A DNA stretch of 63,520 nt, filler included, from Octopus bimaculoides (GCF_001194135.2; 6 parts of 6 records of this genome joined end to end with filler, not necessarily neighbours in it), one strand, 5' to 3'. Counted from the whole stretch's first letter, positions 49,823-61,368 are shown. Notes: generated by a model not told the origin, from the letters alone. Made by a program: numbers and translations.

Positions 49823-50809
49823 AGTGAAATTATTGGAAATGAACTCAAAGACTATAACGTTAAAATTAAATCTGGATACAGTACAAGTGTTCTTAATTTC
49901 AAGCATCCTATTGAACGTGGTATTATTACCAACTCGGATGAGATGGAGAAGATTTGGCTGCATGCATTCAAAGAGTTGAAAGTTGCACCTGCGGAAAGTT
50001 CTGTCTTGTTGACTGAGGCTGTTTTTAACTCCAAGGACAACAGAGAAAAGATGGCCGAAATTGTGTTTGAAAAGTTTAACACTCACGCATTATGCATTGC
50101 TGATCAGGCTTTACTGTCCCTCTTTGCTTCTGGTCGTATCACAGGTATGTCTGTGAATGTCGGTCATGGCATCACCCAAATTGTTCCTGTCTCTAGAGGG
50201 TCAATTATACGAGACGCTGCTGTCCAGTGGGAGTTTGGTGGTCAGGACATGACAGATTACCTTACGAGGATGTTGATTCAATGTGGCTATTCCTTTGACA
50301 GTCATTCTCAAACGGAAACTGTCTGTAACATCAAAGAGAAGTGCTGTTATGTTGCTCCAGACTTTGAACAGGAATTGCAGACTACAGCCTCTGAGAAATA
50401 TAAATTACCTGACAAACAAGTCATTAGCATTGGCAATGAATGATTCCGAACCCCGGAACTTATGTTCCAGCCAAGTTTAACTGGTGAAGAGTCTCAGAGT
50501 ATTCATGAAAGAATTCGTAAATCAATCATCAAATGTAATTGGTGGGTTAAACGGTCCCTATTTAAGAACATTGTATTGTCCGGTGGCTCTACAATATTCA
50601 GAGGCTTTTCCCAGCGCCTAAAAAAGGAAATGAGTTCCATTCTGGCACCTACCACAATATTTCAGATTATTGATTATGAAGAACGTAAATATGGTACATG
50701 GCTTGGTGGTGCCGCATTGGCTTCTCTGTCTACCTTTAAAGATCAGTGGATTAGCAGAGAAGAATATGATGAACATGGCTCAAATATTCTCGATAAAAAA
50801 TATATGTAA
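49823..50809 (+). CDS. Exon 2 of the actin-like gene, with one in-frame TGA at 50441-50443
   Basis: Acceptor tttgtatttcAG at 49821-49822, in frame with ORFs 49943..50443 and 50462..50809. Actin motifs: HPIERGIITNSDEMEKIW, VLLTEA, QALLSLFASGRITG, IKEKCCYVA, LPDKQVISIGNE*FRTPELMFQPS, IVLSGGST, ERKYGTWLGGAALASLSTFKDQWISREEYDEHG. Confidence 0.93.
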
Positions 50810-50823
50810 TATGTATGTGTCAT

Positions 50824-50860
<37 letters not shown>

Positions 50861-51359
50861 GAATATAAATCCCATTCTGTGTGTGTGTGGATGTGTGTAA
50901 AAGATTATAACGGCTGTATTGTTCAACTGATTTTCTCCAAACTGGGAACATACATTACTTATGTTCCAGGGATGGTTTTAGACTCTTAAAATTTTTCACA
51001 TAATGAGTAATGGGACCCCTGAGAGCAGCAAACATCCTTTCTTGAGTTACATGGAGAAGGGAGGTAACCCTTTGCGAAGTAACTTTTAGAAACTGATTGG
51101 GTCCTTTACATCCATTGATCAAAAAATTACCACAACCTCATCTAATATATAAAATAGAGATGTGTGTGTGTATTCGCTTTTCACACGAAAACAGCTTCAC
51201 CAATTGCTTCCATACTTGTGATGTATGAATAATTTGACCTTGGATACATATTAGGATCTTCATTTGATTTTTTATTTTAAAAAAATTGCTTTTTATATTA
51301 GATTCACGTCTTTGAAAGTTTTTTTTAAATATTTACTTCCGGTTTTCTAGCGTCAGTGA

Positions 51360-51552
51360 CATCTATATCTCTCTATCTATGTCTCTCTATCCATCTATCT
51401 CTATGTTTCTATATCTCTCTATCTATATCTTTCTATCCATCTCTATCTTTCTCTCTATCTATCTATCTGTCTATATCTTTCTATCCATCTCTATCTTTCT
51501 CTCTATCTATCTATCNNNNNNNNNNTTATCTATCTATCTATCTGTCTATATC

Positions 51553-51592
<40 letters not shown>

Positions 51593-51600
51593 ATCTATCT
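51360..51600. repeat. (TATC)n degenerate microsatellite
   Basis: Read directly from the sequence. Confidence 0.93.
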
Positions 51601-51619
51601 TATTTGTCTAACTAGCTAG

Positions 51620-53136
51620 CTCTCTCTATATATCTTACTCATTCTCTATTGTTTTCATTTTCATTTTTTAGACCCTATTGTTTTCACTTCAAGTCCAATT
51701 GCTATTGTTTTTACCGTATGTTTTCAATCGCTATTTACAAACAACAATGACAAATTACTGACAGAAAGAGGTTCACAATTACTGATGAAAGCAATTTCAT
51801 GCATAATTAACTGACAGAAGTAACTTCATATATTTCACTTCTATCCATACACTTCGTTAAATTTGCCTAAATTTACTTTTTCAATGTTTTGTGTTTTTTT
51901 GTTGTTGATTGAATTACTGAAAAAAGTAAGTTCATAATTTGCTGACAGAAGTAACTTAAAAAATTTTACTTAAATCCGCACACTTAGTTAATTTCCCTAA
52001 AAAATGTCTTATTTACTTTTGCAACAGCTTTTTCCTAGTTCCTTCGATACTGGGACTTTGGTTCACTGAGAAATTTCACTTCAACCTGTACAATACTTTA
52101 TTTTCAGTAAAAATTTCTTATTTACTTTCTGCCTGTCATATTAAGAAATATAATTTCCGTTACCCATTCATTTTCATTGTTTACTATCTTCTACACCTGT
52201 GTATTTCGGTATCTGTATCAAACCATGCCTAGAAGGAAAGTGTCAAATTTATTTACAATGTCAAGGTTAGCCAAAAGAATGTTTCTCTCCAGGGAGAGAG
52301 AGACAGCTGCAGAAAGGGAAGCATACCAAGAAACTAACAGACTGTGCACTACAAAAGCCAGAGCATCTCAAAGTGATGAACAGGTGTATGAATGGATGAC
52401 AGAGAATAGGATACCCACTGCATAACAAAGAGCAGTTGCAACAGCTCAGTGAAGTAACTTCTATGAAGCAGCTTTCAATTATGTTCCAGCAGTTCATTAT
52501 GCAGATGACACTAGCGTTTCTATTGGTGCAATGACAACTGAGTGCATACATTGTAAAGCAAGGAAGTGGCCTGGAGAGACACTTGCACTATACTGCAGTG
52601 GTGCAAAGGTTAAACTCCCTGCAACACCCCCAACCTCCAGAGCCACTGAAGAAACTGTTGTCATCAACTAACCGAGATTCCAAGCACTTCCAAAAACAAA
52701 ATTAGACAATACAACGCTGCACTACAGATAATATCATTTGGAACCATAAGAGATTTAACTGAGCCAGGATTCATGCAAACTTTCAAGATCCGAAGTCAGA
52801 TTTATCAACAGATTGGCTCTCTACTACCTCTGTTTATTGAATCACTAAAATCAGCTTTTCATTGATTATAATCTGTACCTGTTTTTTGGTTACGAAATAA
52901 GCTACACAAAACGTGTTTTTGAATTATGTGTATTTACTTTAGATACATATATGAGTTAAAAACTTTCTTTTAACATTTCATTTAACGTCTATGTTCCATG
53001 CTGGCATGGATTGGAGAGTTATTAATATAGAAAGTTAGAATTGCAGCTGCCAGCAGTTAAGACCGACGTGAACTAACCGGCATTTCTAAATTTCATTATT
53101 CTCTTTAACCCAGGCAAAGCTGGGTATTTATGCTAG
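51620..53136 (+). mobile_element. Internally deleted Helitron with decayed RepHel N-terminus (about 52225-52832); 5' end approximate
   Basis: IGAMTTECIHCKARKWPGE...KVKLP..PPEPLKKLL...IRQYNAALQIISFG...GFMQTFKIRSQIYQQIGSLLP. 3' hairpin cccag-gcaaag-ctggg (53109-53124), then CTAG (53133-53136) followed by T. Confidence 0.85.
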
Positions 53137-53660
53137 TATATATATATATATATATATATNNNNNNNNNNNNNNNNNNNNNNNNNNNNNNNNNNNNNNNNN
53201 NNNNNNNNNNNNNNNNNNNNNNNNNNNNNNNNNNNNNNNNNNNNNNNNNNNNNNNNNNNNNNNNNNNNNNNNNNNNNNNNNNNNNNNNNNNNNNNNNNNN
53301 NNNNNNNNNNNNNNNNNNNNNNNNNNNNNNNNNNNNNNNNNNNNNNNNNNNNNNNNNNNNNNNNNNNNNNNNNNNNNNNNNNNNNNNNNNNNNNNNNNNN
53401 NNNNNNNNNNNNNNNNNNNNNNNNNNNNNNNNNNNNNNNNNNNNNNNNNNNNNNNNNNNNNNNNNNNNNNNNNNNNNNNNNNNNNNNNNNNNNNNNNNNN
53501 NNNNNNNNNNNNNNNNNNNNNNNNNNNNNNNNNNNNNNNNNNNNNNNTATATAATATGTATATATATATGGCAAGTGTCAAGGCCAGTGTTAGTTGTTTA
53601 CTACTAAACTTTCAGATCCTCAGTGACAATCACCAGGGGATATTAAGGAACACCTACTAA

Positions 53661-53938
53661 CCCTTTCAATATCAATCTGCCTGAGACAAACCCCTGCTTC
53701 TATGATAAAGTGAGTTCCATTCAAAACTTCCATGTTAATTTATGTTCAAAACACCAGCATCATAGCGACAAATTCTTATTTTGAAAATTAATTTCAAGAA
53801 AACCATTTCGTTTTATCAGAAATATGGCAACAAAAGTGATAATAAAAATAACGAATTATTTTACGAAATTCTTCCTTATTTTCAAAATTAACTGAAACAG
53901 AGTTAAGGTATTACAATAGAAATATGGTAACGAAAGGG
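53661..53938. mobile_element. piggyBac-type MITE
   Basis: CTAA|CCCTTTC ... GAAAGGG|TTAA (one TSD base changed). Confidence 0.7.
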
Positions 53939-56254
53939 TTAATAATGCCATGGTAATTTTACTAAATTCTTCATTATTTTCATATTCTAAAAGAAATATG
54001 TTAATAAATGTTTTAAGTTAGTATTCGCATATTCTGTCTACAATATTCCAATCTAGAACCTATTTTCACTATTATAAGTTTGTTATTAACGGTAACATAA
54101 TGTTGTCCTAAACTGCCATGTAATCATAAAATTTTACTAAAAATTGCTTTTTGTGAGATCTGAAATTTAATAAAGAACTTTTTTAAAAAAATACTGGTCT
54201 GTTGTTTTTGATGAACTTTTAAGAACGTTATTGACTACAGCCAAACTGTAATGTCTTATAAGTGAGTGAGTGAGTGGGTGAGTGTGAGTGTAAGTATGTA
54301 TGTTGGTGTGAGCGAGCAAGAATATCTGCACTTGTGTGTGTGAAAGTGAGTCAGGGTGGGGTGTATGTGTGTTTGTGCTGTGTACACACCTGTATGTCCT
54401 GGTATACAGGTGATGCAGCCCTTGAAACTGCTGGCTACTTGAGCTTTGATGTAAGAGGCAGAAAGCTGCTGCATCAAGAATTTCTTTATCCAAGGAGTGA
54501 GCATAACATTTATGGTAAGATTGGTCTCAATGGTAACCCTCAGACCGAAGGAGTCAAGTGAGTGAAGAAAGAGATGGCTAATGCATCTTCCATACATAGA
54601 CCAAAGTGGGTTGATGGGAACTGCTCAGTTAAGGTGTCAAGTATATATAACCTTATGAGGTAACAAATATGTATGTCGTTGAATGCTCCCATCATCCTGC
54701 CAAAGGAACCTTCTGGGTCAAGTTGTTCAGCCCAGGTTGAACTTTAATCACACAGCAGGCATTTTCTGCTGTCTTTTATTATCTCTATGTTCCTATCACT
54801 AACATCAATGATCTCCTTCATGAAATTAAGTGCCCCTTTGACTCAGATGGGTAAAAGTCCATTATATCAAATTGGGGGAACTGTGCCCTGCCTTTCCTTC
54901 TCGTTTTAGTTCTTTTTTCACCACCAAACAGAACAACACAGCATATTTACCTCCTCCATTAAAGAGGCTCTGTGTTTCTGGCCAGAAGGTCTGAGAATTG
55001 TGTATGTTATCAGATGTAATAGTAGACATGGAACCAATGGTAGCTTTCTGACCATTAATATGCCATAACCAAAGATGTACTTTTTAACTACAAAAAAGTA
55101 GAACTTCACAAAGTTTTTTGCTGTTGTTCATTTTATATTTTTATGCATTTATTTACTCCATCATTCATCTATTTCTACATTTAAATTCCATTGGTTCCAA
55201 AGTTCATTTATCTGCTGTTTTGTTTTCTACCCCCCGCCCCTTACTCCCACTTCATCTTTCTTGTTCTACTATTCATTTGTAAATTACTAAATTAGTTAGT
55301 CAATTGCAAGTTTCCCTTTGCATTCTTTGATCATTCTGTCCATCCTACTTCATTCTCTCCTCTTAATATATTCCCTTTATTTTCTCTTCTTCTCACTCTC
55401 TTCTTTCTCCTGATTTATTCCTTTTCTCATTTTTATTTTCTTTTCTGTTTTCTTCCTTTCTTCCCTTTTTTTAAATTTCTTTCTTTTTCTTTATTCAATT
55501 TCTTCTTTGTTGTTTTTTTCTTCTTTTTTGCTGTTTTATCATAACATTTTCCTCCACCAGCTCACCCAATAAATAGCAAACTACATATAGATCTGGAAAT
55601 CCCATCAATTTTCAGTCCCAATTTGCCTCATAATACTCTGCTCCAACAGATGAAGCTCAGAGTAGCAAGAGACTGCTAAGACCAAAAAGAAATACATTGT
55701 ACAGAAAAAATCCTTACCATGGAGTACCATCCAACATTCTCACTTGAAACTGCTAAAGGATCTTACCTGTAACATTATTATTTATTAATTTTGGAACTGC
55801 ATTATGTTACCTATTTTACTCTGATCCTTCCTTCATTTTCGACAAAGTGGAATACACTAATATCCTCAAATGGGGATATTTCTTTATTTTTATATCTCTC
55901 TGACTTCCGCCTCTCTGTTGACAAAATACTCAGCTTATGGAATCCATACTCAATATCATGACCCACATGCTTGGCTATTCTAGAAACAGCCGTAAGAAAC
56001 TCTATCTGTTTATACTTTCCATCTAAATTAAAAGGTTTTTTTTAATATTTTTTGAGGGAGCCAGCATGCTTTGCATTTTCATTTTTCATTTTAATCTATA
56101 TCTACCCACTCAAAGAGAAACCACTTCTAGCTGCCTTCATTAGGCAGTGTCAACACGACATTCTTTAGTTGCAATTCAAGCCAGAATTTTGGTGGTAAAC
56201 CAAACTGAACACTCATAGTACATGCCTGTGATATTATGTCAGTTGACAAAAACT

Positions 56255-56700
56255 CCTTGTATTTGCTGTATATATCTCTCAGAATGAAAGACAGCTTGTA
56301 TGATGCCTGTGTGCGAACAGCTATGCTACATGGCAGTGAAACAGGGACTGTGGTAGCTGCGGACATGCATAGCCATGAAAGAAATGAAATCAGTAGGCTT
56401 CACTGGATGTGCAATGTCAGTGTGCATGTTTGACAGAGTGTAAGCATCTTGAGAGAAAAGTTGGGCATAAGAGCCATCAGATGTGGCATGCAAGAGAGAT
56501 GCCTATCCTGGTATGGTGATGCATATGGATAAGGACAGCTGTGTAAAGAAATGCCGATCCCGAACTGTGGAGGAAACCTGTGATAGAAGTAGACCCAGGA
56601 AGACATGATCTCTGAAGTCACATAGCAATGACTACTGACCAAGACCATTGGCAATATGTTGAGCTTGAGAAGTCCTGTCAAGCCAAGCGAAATTGTAGTC
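56255..56700 (+). mobile_element. RTE LINE RT C-terminal fragment
   Basis: LYDACVRTAMLHGSETG...ERNEISRLHWMCNVSVHV. Confidence 0.85.
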
Positions 56701-56778
56701 GTGGCTGATGCTGGAGATTAACCATTGGAATATCTTGGATTATACAATCCCTAATGAGGATATAACTTCCTTGAATTG

Positions 56779-56822
<44 letters not shown>

Positions 56823-57149
56823 GTATGTGTATTTTTTCAATGTGCACAACTAACACAGAAAAAATAAATAGTTAACAGGGTAGCAAAAATTCACATAGGT
56901 GCCAAGCAGATTACAGCCTACTTATAAATGTAGGGTTTAGTGAAATGTTTCAGTCTATCATAGCTAATTTAAGAAATGGGGTTAAATGCAGTTAAACACT
57001 TATTGATGTGTTTATTTCTCTTTTTTCCCCTGACAAGATGATTACATTGTTATACATCATTTTATTCCCTCAGGAATAATACCAATGTTTTCTTCGAAAC
57101 ATATGTCGGAACTATAAAGATTTGAATAACATAACTATAAAGATTTGAA

Positions 57150-57290
57150 GGGCATCCAGCTGTAGAAACTCTGCCAAATCAGATTGGAGCCTGGTGTAGA
57201 CATTTGGATCACCAGTCCTCAGTCAAATCGTCCAACCCATGCTAGCATGGAAAGCGGACGTTAAATGATGAAAATGATGATGATGATGAT
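57150..57290 (+). mobile_element. RTE LINE extreme 3' end
   Basis: gggcatccagctgtagaaactctgcc...ggaaagcggacgttaaatgatg. Confidence 0.8.
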
Positions 57291-57574
57291 ATATATAATG
57301 TGTAATTGTAAGATCCAAAGATCTAGATATAATAAGTTAGTAAGCTTCGAATGATCCATAGAAGATATAAAAAGCAACTACCAGGAACAATAATAATCTA
57401 TTGGCACAGAAGGATGTAGCTTTTTCCCATATAGAAATTTGGTAAGCTAAGAAAGTTATTTTATGGTTTGCAGTTAGCATCTATGGGTTGCTATGTATGC
57501 AAATAAAAATCCTTTTATTTACATACCTGCTCCATTCCCTCAGTTCGGATTTTTATTCACTCTAGATGCTTACC

Positions 57575-57740
57575 AGTGACTATATCACGGAGTGTTTGGT
57601 GTTAGGAAGGGCATCCAGCTGTAGAAACTCTGCCAGATCATATTGGAGCCTGGTGAAGCCATCTGGTTCACCAGTCCTCAGTCAAATTGTCCAACCCATG
57701 CTAGCATGGAAAGCGGACGTTAAACGATGATGATGATATG
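57575..57740 (+). mobile_element. RTE LINE extreme 3' end
   Basis: Same terminal motif with gatgatgat tail. Confidence 0.8.
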
Positions 57741-57801
57741 TATAAACGTGTATATGTGTGCATGTATGTATGTATGTATGTGTGTTTGTATATATATATA
57801 T

Positions 57802-57832
<31 letters not shown>

Positions 57833-57932
57833 NNNNNNNNNNNNNNNNNNNNNNNNNNNNNNNNNNNNNNNNNNNNTTAATTAATTAANNNNNNNNNNNN
57901 NNNNNNNNNNNNNNNNNNNNNNNNNNNNNNNN
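57833..57932. other. Assembly spacer N44-TTAATTAATTAA-N44
   Basis: Identical structure. Confidence 0.95.
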
Positions 57933-58592
57933 ACGGAACGTCAGACGAATTACATATCTAACAGTCCATATAACAATACCAATGTTAACGGCAGAAAGAA
58001 TCGAGGTGATGTAACTTCGAACAACCCAAATAGAGGTAGCAGCAATAATTATAACAGCAATGTAAGCGTAAACCCTAACCACCCGAGAACTGGCATAGGT
58101 AATAATACTATAAGCAGTTACCCCACGAATGTAAGCATAAGACGACCTAGCAATTATAAAATCGGGTGCAATTGTGTAACACCTTCGACATGTCCCTTAC
58201 GCGGAAACTGTTTAGCTAAAAACGTAATATACTCTTGCGAAATTATCACGGAAACTAATACCCTCACCTACCTTGGATGCTCTTCATCCTGGAAATCTAG
58301 GTTTTATAACCACAGATCTTCGTTTAGACTCAGACATAAGGCTAACAACACCTCATTATCTCGTAAAATTTTGGAGCTTAAGGACGATAAGATTAATTTT
58401 AGCCTTAGATGGTCAATTGTTGGATCGGCCCCAACGTATAAAGATAATAGAACTGGTTGCCAGTTATGCTCCCTTGAACTTTTGAAAATTATTAAATTCC
58501 CCAATAAGAATAAGCTAGTTAATAAGAGGTCAGATTTCAAACCTTCCTGTATCCATAAAATGATGAAAACCTTTAGATACTATAATCCCTAA
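57933..58592 (+). mobile_element. Penelope-like element C-terminus (linker and GIY-YIG endonuclease), uninterrupted frame
   Basis: 219 stop-free codons from the gap edge: Asn-rich linker, CNCVTPSTCPLRGNC, VIYSC..TYLGC (GIY-YIG variant), SRFYNH, WSIV, CQLCSLE, VNKRSD, CIH. Confidence 0.88.
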
Positions 58593-59804
58593 GTCCTCTC
58601 TTTCAATTATAAGCACTTCTACACCTTCTCTCATTAACTACTCCCACGTTAGATCCTGCCTACCACAATTCAGACACCGAATTAACAAAGCCCGTACACT
58701 ACCCCTAACCTAACTATGTACCTTAATAATTTTGTTTACCCTCGAATAGCTAGATTATGACCNNNNNNNNNNNNNNNNNNNNNNNNNNNNNNNNNNNNNN
58801 NNNNNNNNNNNNNNNNNNNNNNNNNNNNNNNNNNNNNNNNNNNNNNNNNNNNNNNNNNNNNNNNNNNNNNNNNNNNNNNNNNNNNNNTTTTTATATTATA
58901 TTTTTTTATTTTAAAATTTTTTTATTTAATCTTTTATTTTTTATTTTTTGCATTATTAATGTGGGTGCTATTATTTCCTATCACTATTATACTATATTAC
59001 TAAGGTTGAAATGCTCCCAATACTCTGTATTTTGAATTTTAACGTCCCTCTCCCATATACTTTATTTCCCTTTTCTTGTTGACATTTTCTAATTATTCAT
59101 TCTTTAAGGTCTTATATGTTCTAATTACCTTTTCCACTCCCTTCACCCTTTTATCATCTAGATAAGTGTATGTACCAATATAATAGATAAGTTCGTATAC
59201 TTAAGTTGTAATTCGCCTAAACTGACCACTCACCACAAGAATATCATATTTCAAGTTTACTCTAGCCTGACACTATTTATTTATGACCCACCACTGATCT
59301 AGGCAAACACAGCTCATATATATCTATCCCTTACGACCTTTAAGATCTCTGTATCTATATCTATTTATCTTCTTCTTCTACATTTAGATTTTTCCTCACC
59401 ACCCTTCTCCAACCCGTCTAAATAGCTTAGATGTATTTTACTTTACTATCCAGATTTTCTCTTATTGTTTCTTAGATTACCCGCCCCACCGATTTGACTC
59501 CTTTTATTTTTATTTTTGTATGAATATCTGTGTATTTTTCTTCTTAGTATTTTATATTCCTTATTTTATTTTATATTACTATTTCATTTCTGTTATATTG
59601 TTTTAACTACCAACTTCTTCCCTGCTATAAACTTTAGCCAGACTATAGATAACCAAATTACAACAGGTATATAGTCCAATTTTTGTTTTATAGTGCATTG
59701 TTGTACCATTCTAAACTTTTATTCTTTACAAACAATACACAATGCTTCAAGCGAACTACAATACTCTCCTATATATATATACATATATATATATATAATA
59801 CATA

Positions 59805-60290
59805 CACAGCAGTGAAACATGGGCCATGACTGCTGAAGCCATGCATAGGCTCAAAAGAAATGAAGCTAGTATGATCCGCTGGATGTGTAATGTCAGTGTG
59901 CACACACGACAGAGTGTAAGCACCCTGAGAGAAATATTGGATATAAGAAGCATCAAATGTGGTGTGCAAGAGAGACGACTGCACTGGTATGGTCATGTGC
60001 TAAGTATGGATGAAGAGAGCTGTGTGAAGAAGTGTTGGAACCCGCAGAAAATGGAGACCCAGAAAGACATGGGATGAGGTGGTGAAGCATGATCTTCGAA
60101 CGTTGAACCTCACAGAGGCAATGACAAAAGACCGAGACCTCTGGAGATATGCTGTGATTGAGAAGACCCGGCAAATAAAGTGAGTTCACAGCTGTAACCC
60201 ACATCAGTGTCACATAACCAGCCCATTTAAAAAATACCTTTGAATCGTTGGGTAACATTCCATGCTTGAGGAGACCAACTGAGTCAAGTA
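59805..60290 (+). mobile_element. RTE LINE RT C-terminal fragment
   Basis: MHRLKRNEASMIRWMCNVSVHTRQSVSTLREILDIRSIKCGVQERRLHWYGHV. Confidence 0.88.
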
Positions 60291-60589
60291 AATCAAAATC
60301 AAATCAAATTACAACATCCCAATGCTACACATATATAAATATCTGAACATTTGTAGAGATGGGCTACATTTGGAATAAAAAATGTAGATTCTCCACTTTA
60401 CCTTCAAACATTCAATTTTGGGGAGAATCCCTTGATGAAATGTATGCGTGTGTATGTGTGTGTGTGTGCACGTGTGTTTGGGAACATGTCCATGTTTATA
60501 CTGTGTAACTTCGATCACGTCTCTTTCAATTTCATCATTTTGCATTAGAGAACATAAGACTTACAAAATGTACTGCCTCCGCTTTTCTT

Positions 60590-60920
60590 TCAAGCATTCA
60601 ATTTTGGAGAGAATTTTTTGCTGAAATGTAGTTTCATTGCTTTTTGGTATTGCAGATCATCCCGTGCACATTTGTAAAGGGGAAAAATTTTGAATTTTCC
60701 ATCACTGCATATTTCCAGATGCTTACTTAATGGAATCATGCATAATTCCTCTTGTCGGATATGTTGCCTGTGGATTCTTGCACATTGGCAGAGGGAATTA
60801 TTTGTTTCACCAATGTAATTTTCCTTGCAGTTTGGGCAGGTAATGCAGTATATAAGGTTTTGCTTTTTGCAGTTCATATCTGTATTTATTTTGAAAAGGG
60901 ATCTGCTCTTGAATTTTATG
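60590..60920 (-). mobile_element. Penelope-like GIY-YIG endonuclease fragment of a second type (CxxC inside GIY-YIG)
   Basis: MNCKKQNLIYCITCPNCKENYIGETNNSL..ARIHRQHI...LSKHLEIC...FSPKLN. Confidence 0.82.
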
Positions 60921-61268
60921 TCGAAGGGGAGACAGTACATTTTGTATTCTAAATATAACTCAGAAGAGAAAAAGAAAGAGGGAAAAAAGAAGGAAAAGGG
61001 TAAGAGAGAAAGAAAGCAAAATGACTTTCCGTGATGACCAAACTGCACCTGTTTTTTTTTAAGAGGTCACCATCCTTAAACCCATTCCAAAACAATGATA
61101 AATAAATAAATGGTGAATAGGAAGGGGGATACCTCTTCTCTCTCTTCCTCTACCTATCTGACTGACTGTCTGTCTGTCTGTTTGTCTATCTATCTATCTA
61201 TCTCTCTATCTCTATGGATGGACGGTAGACGTGTCGGCTCCGTAAGTTTTGCCTTTTTCATGTTTTAA

Positions 61269-61368
61269 NNNNNNNNNNNNNNNNNNNNNNNNNNNNNNNN
61301 NNNNNNNNNNNNTTAATTAATTAANNNNNNNNNNNNNNNNNNNNNNNNNNNNNNNNNNNNNNNNNNNN
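61269..61368. other. Assembly spacer N44-TTAATTAATTAA-N44
   Basis: Identical structure. Confidence 0.95.

Larger units (their letters stand above)
43094..50809 (+). pseudogene. Whole actin-like locus: possible recent pseudogene or nonsense allele, or a recoded gene
   Basis: The only lesion in the spliced 366-codon frame is TGA at codon 245 where actin has Arg254 (CGA>TGA would be a single CpG transition). No frameshifts; splice sites canonical. Confidence 0.5.

Noticed and set aside
50810-50950. SECIS element that could recode the UGA as selenocysteine
   Set aside because: No AUGA/AA/GA stem visible by eye in the proximal 3' region, and the position is Arg, not Cys, in actins.
54390-54600. 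Possible + exon (GDAALETAG...NIY|gt) or a - strand CR1/Jockey RT relic (LHSLDSFG...WIKKFL)
   Set aside because: Both readings are weak and conflict; a homology search is needed.
54918-55109. Signal-peptide-like MVRKLPLVPCLLLHL with a donor-like site on -
   Set aside because: No partner exons or homology identified.
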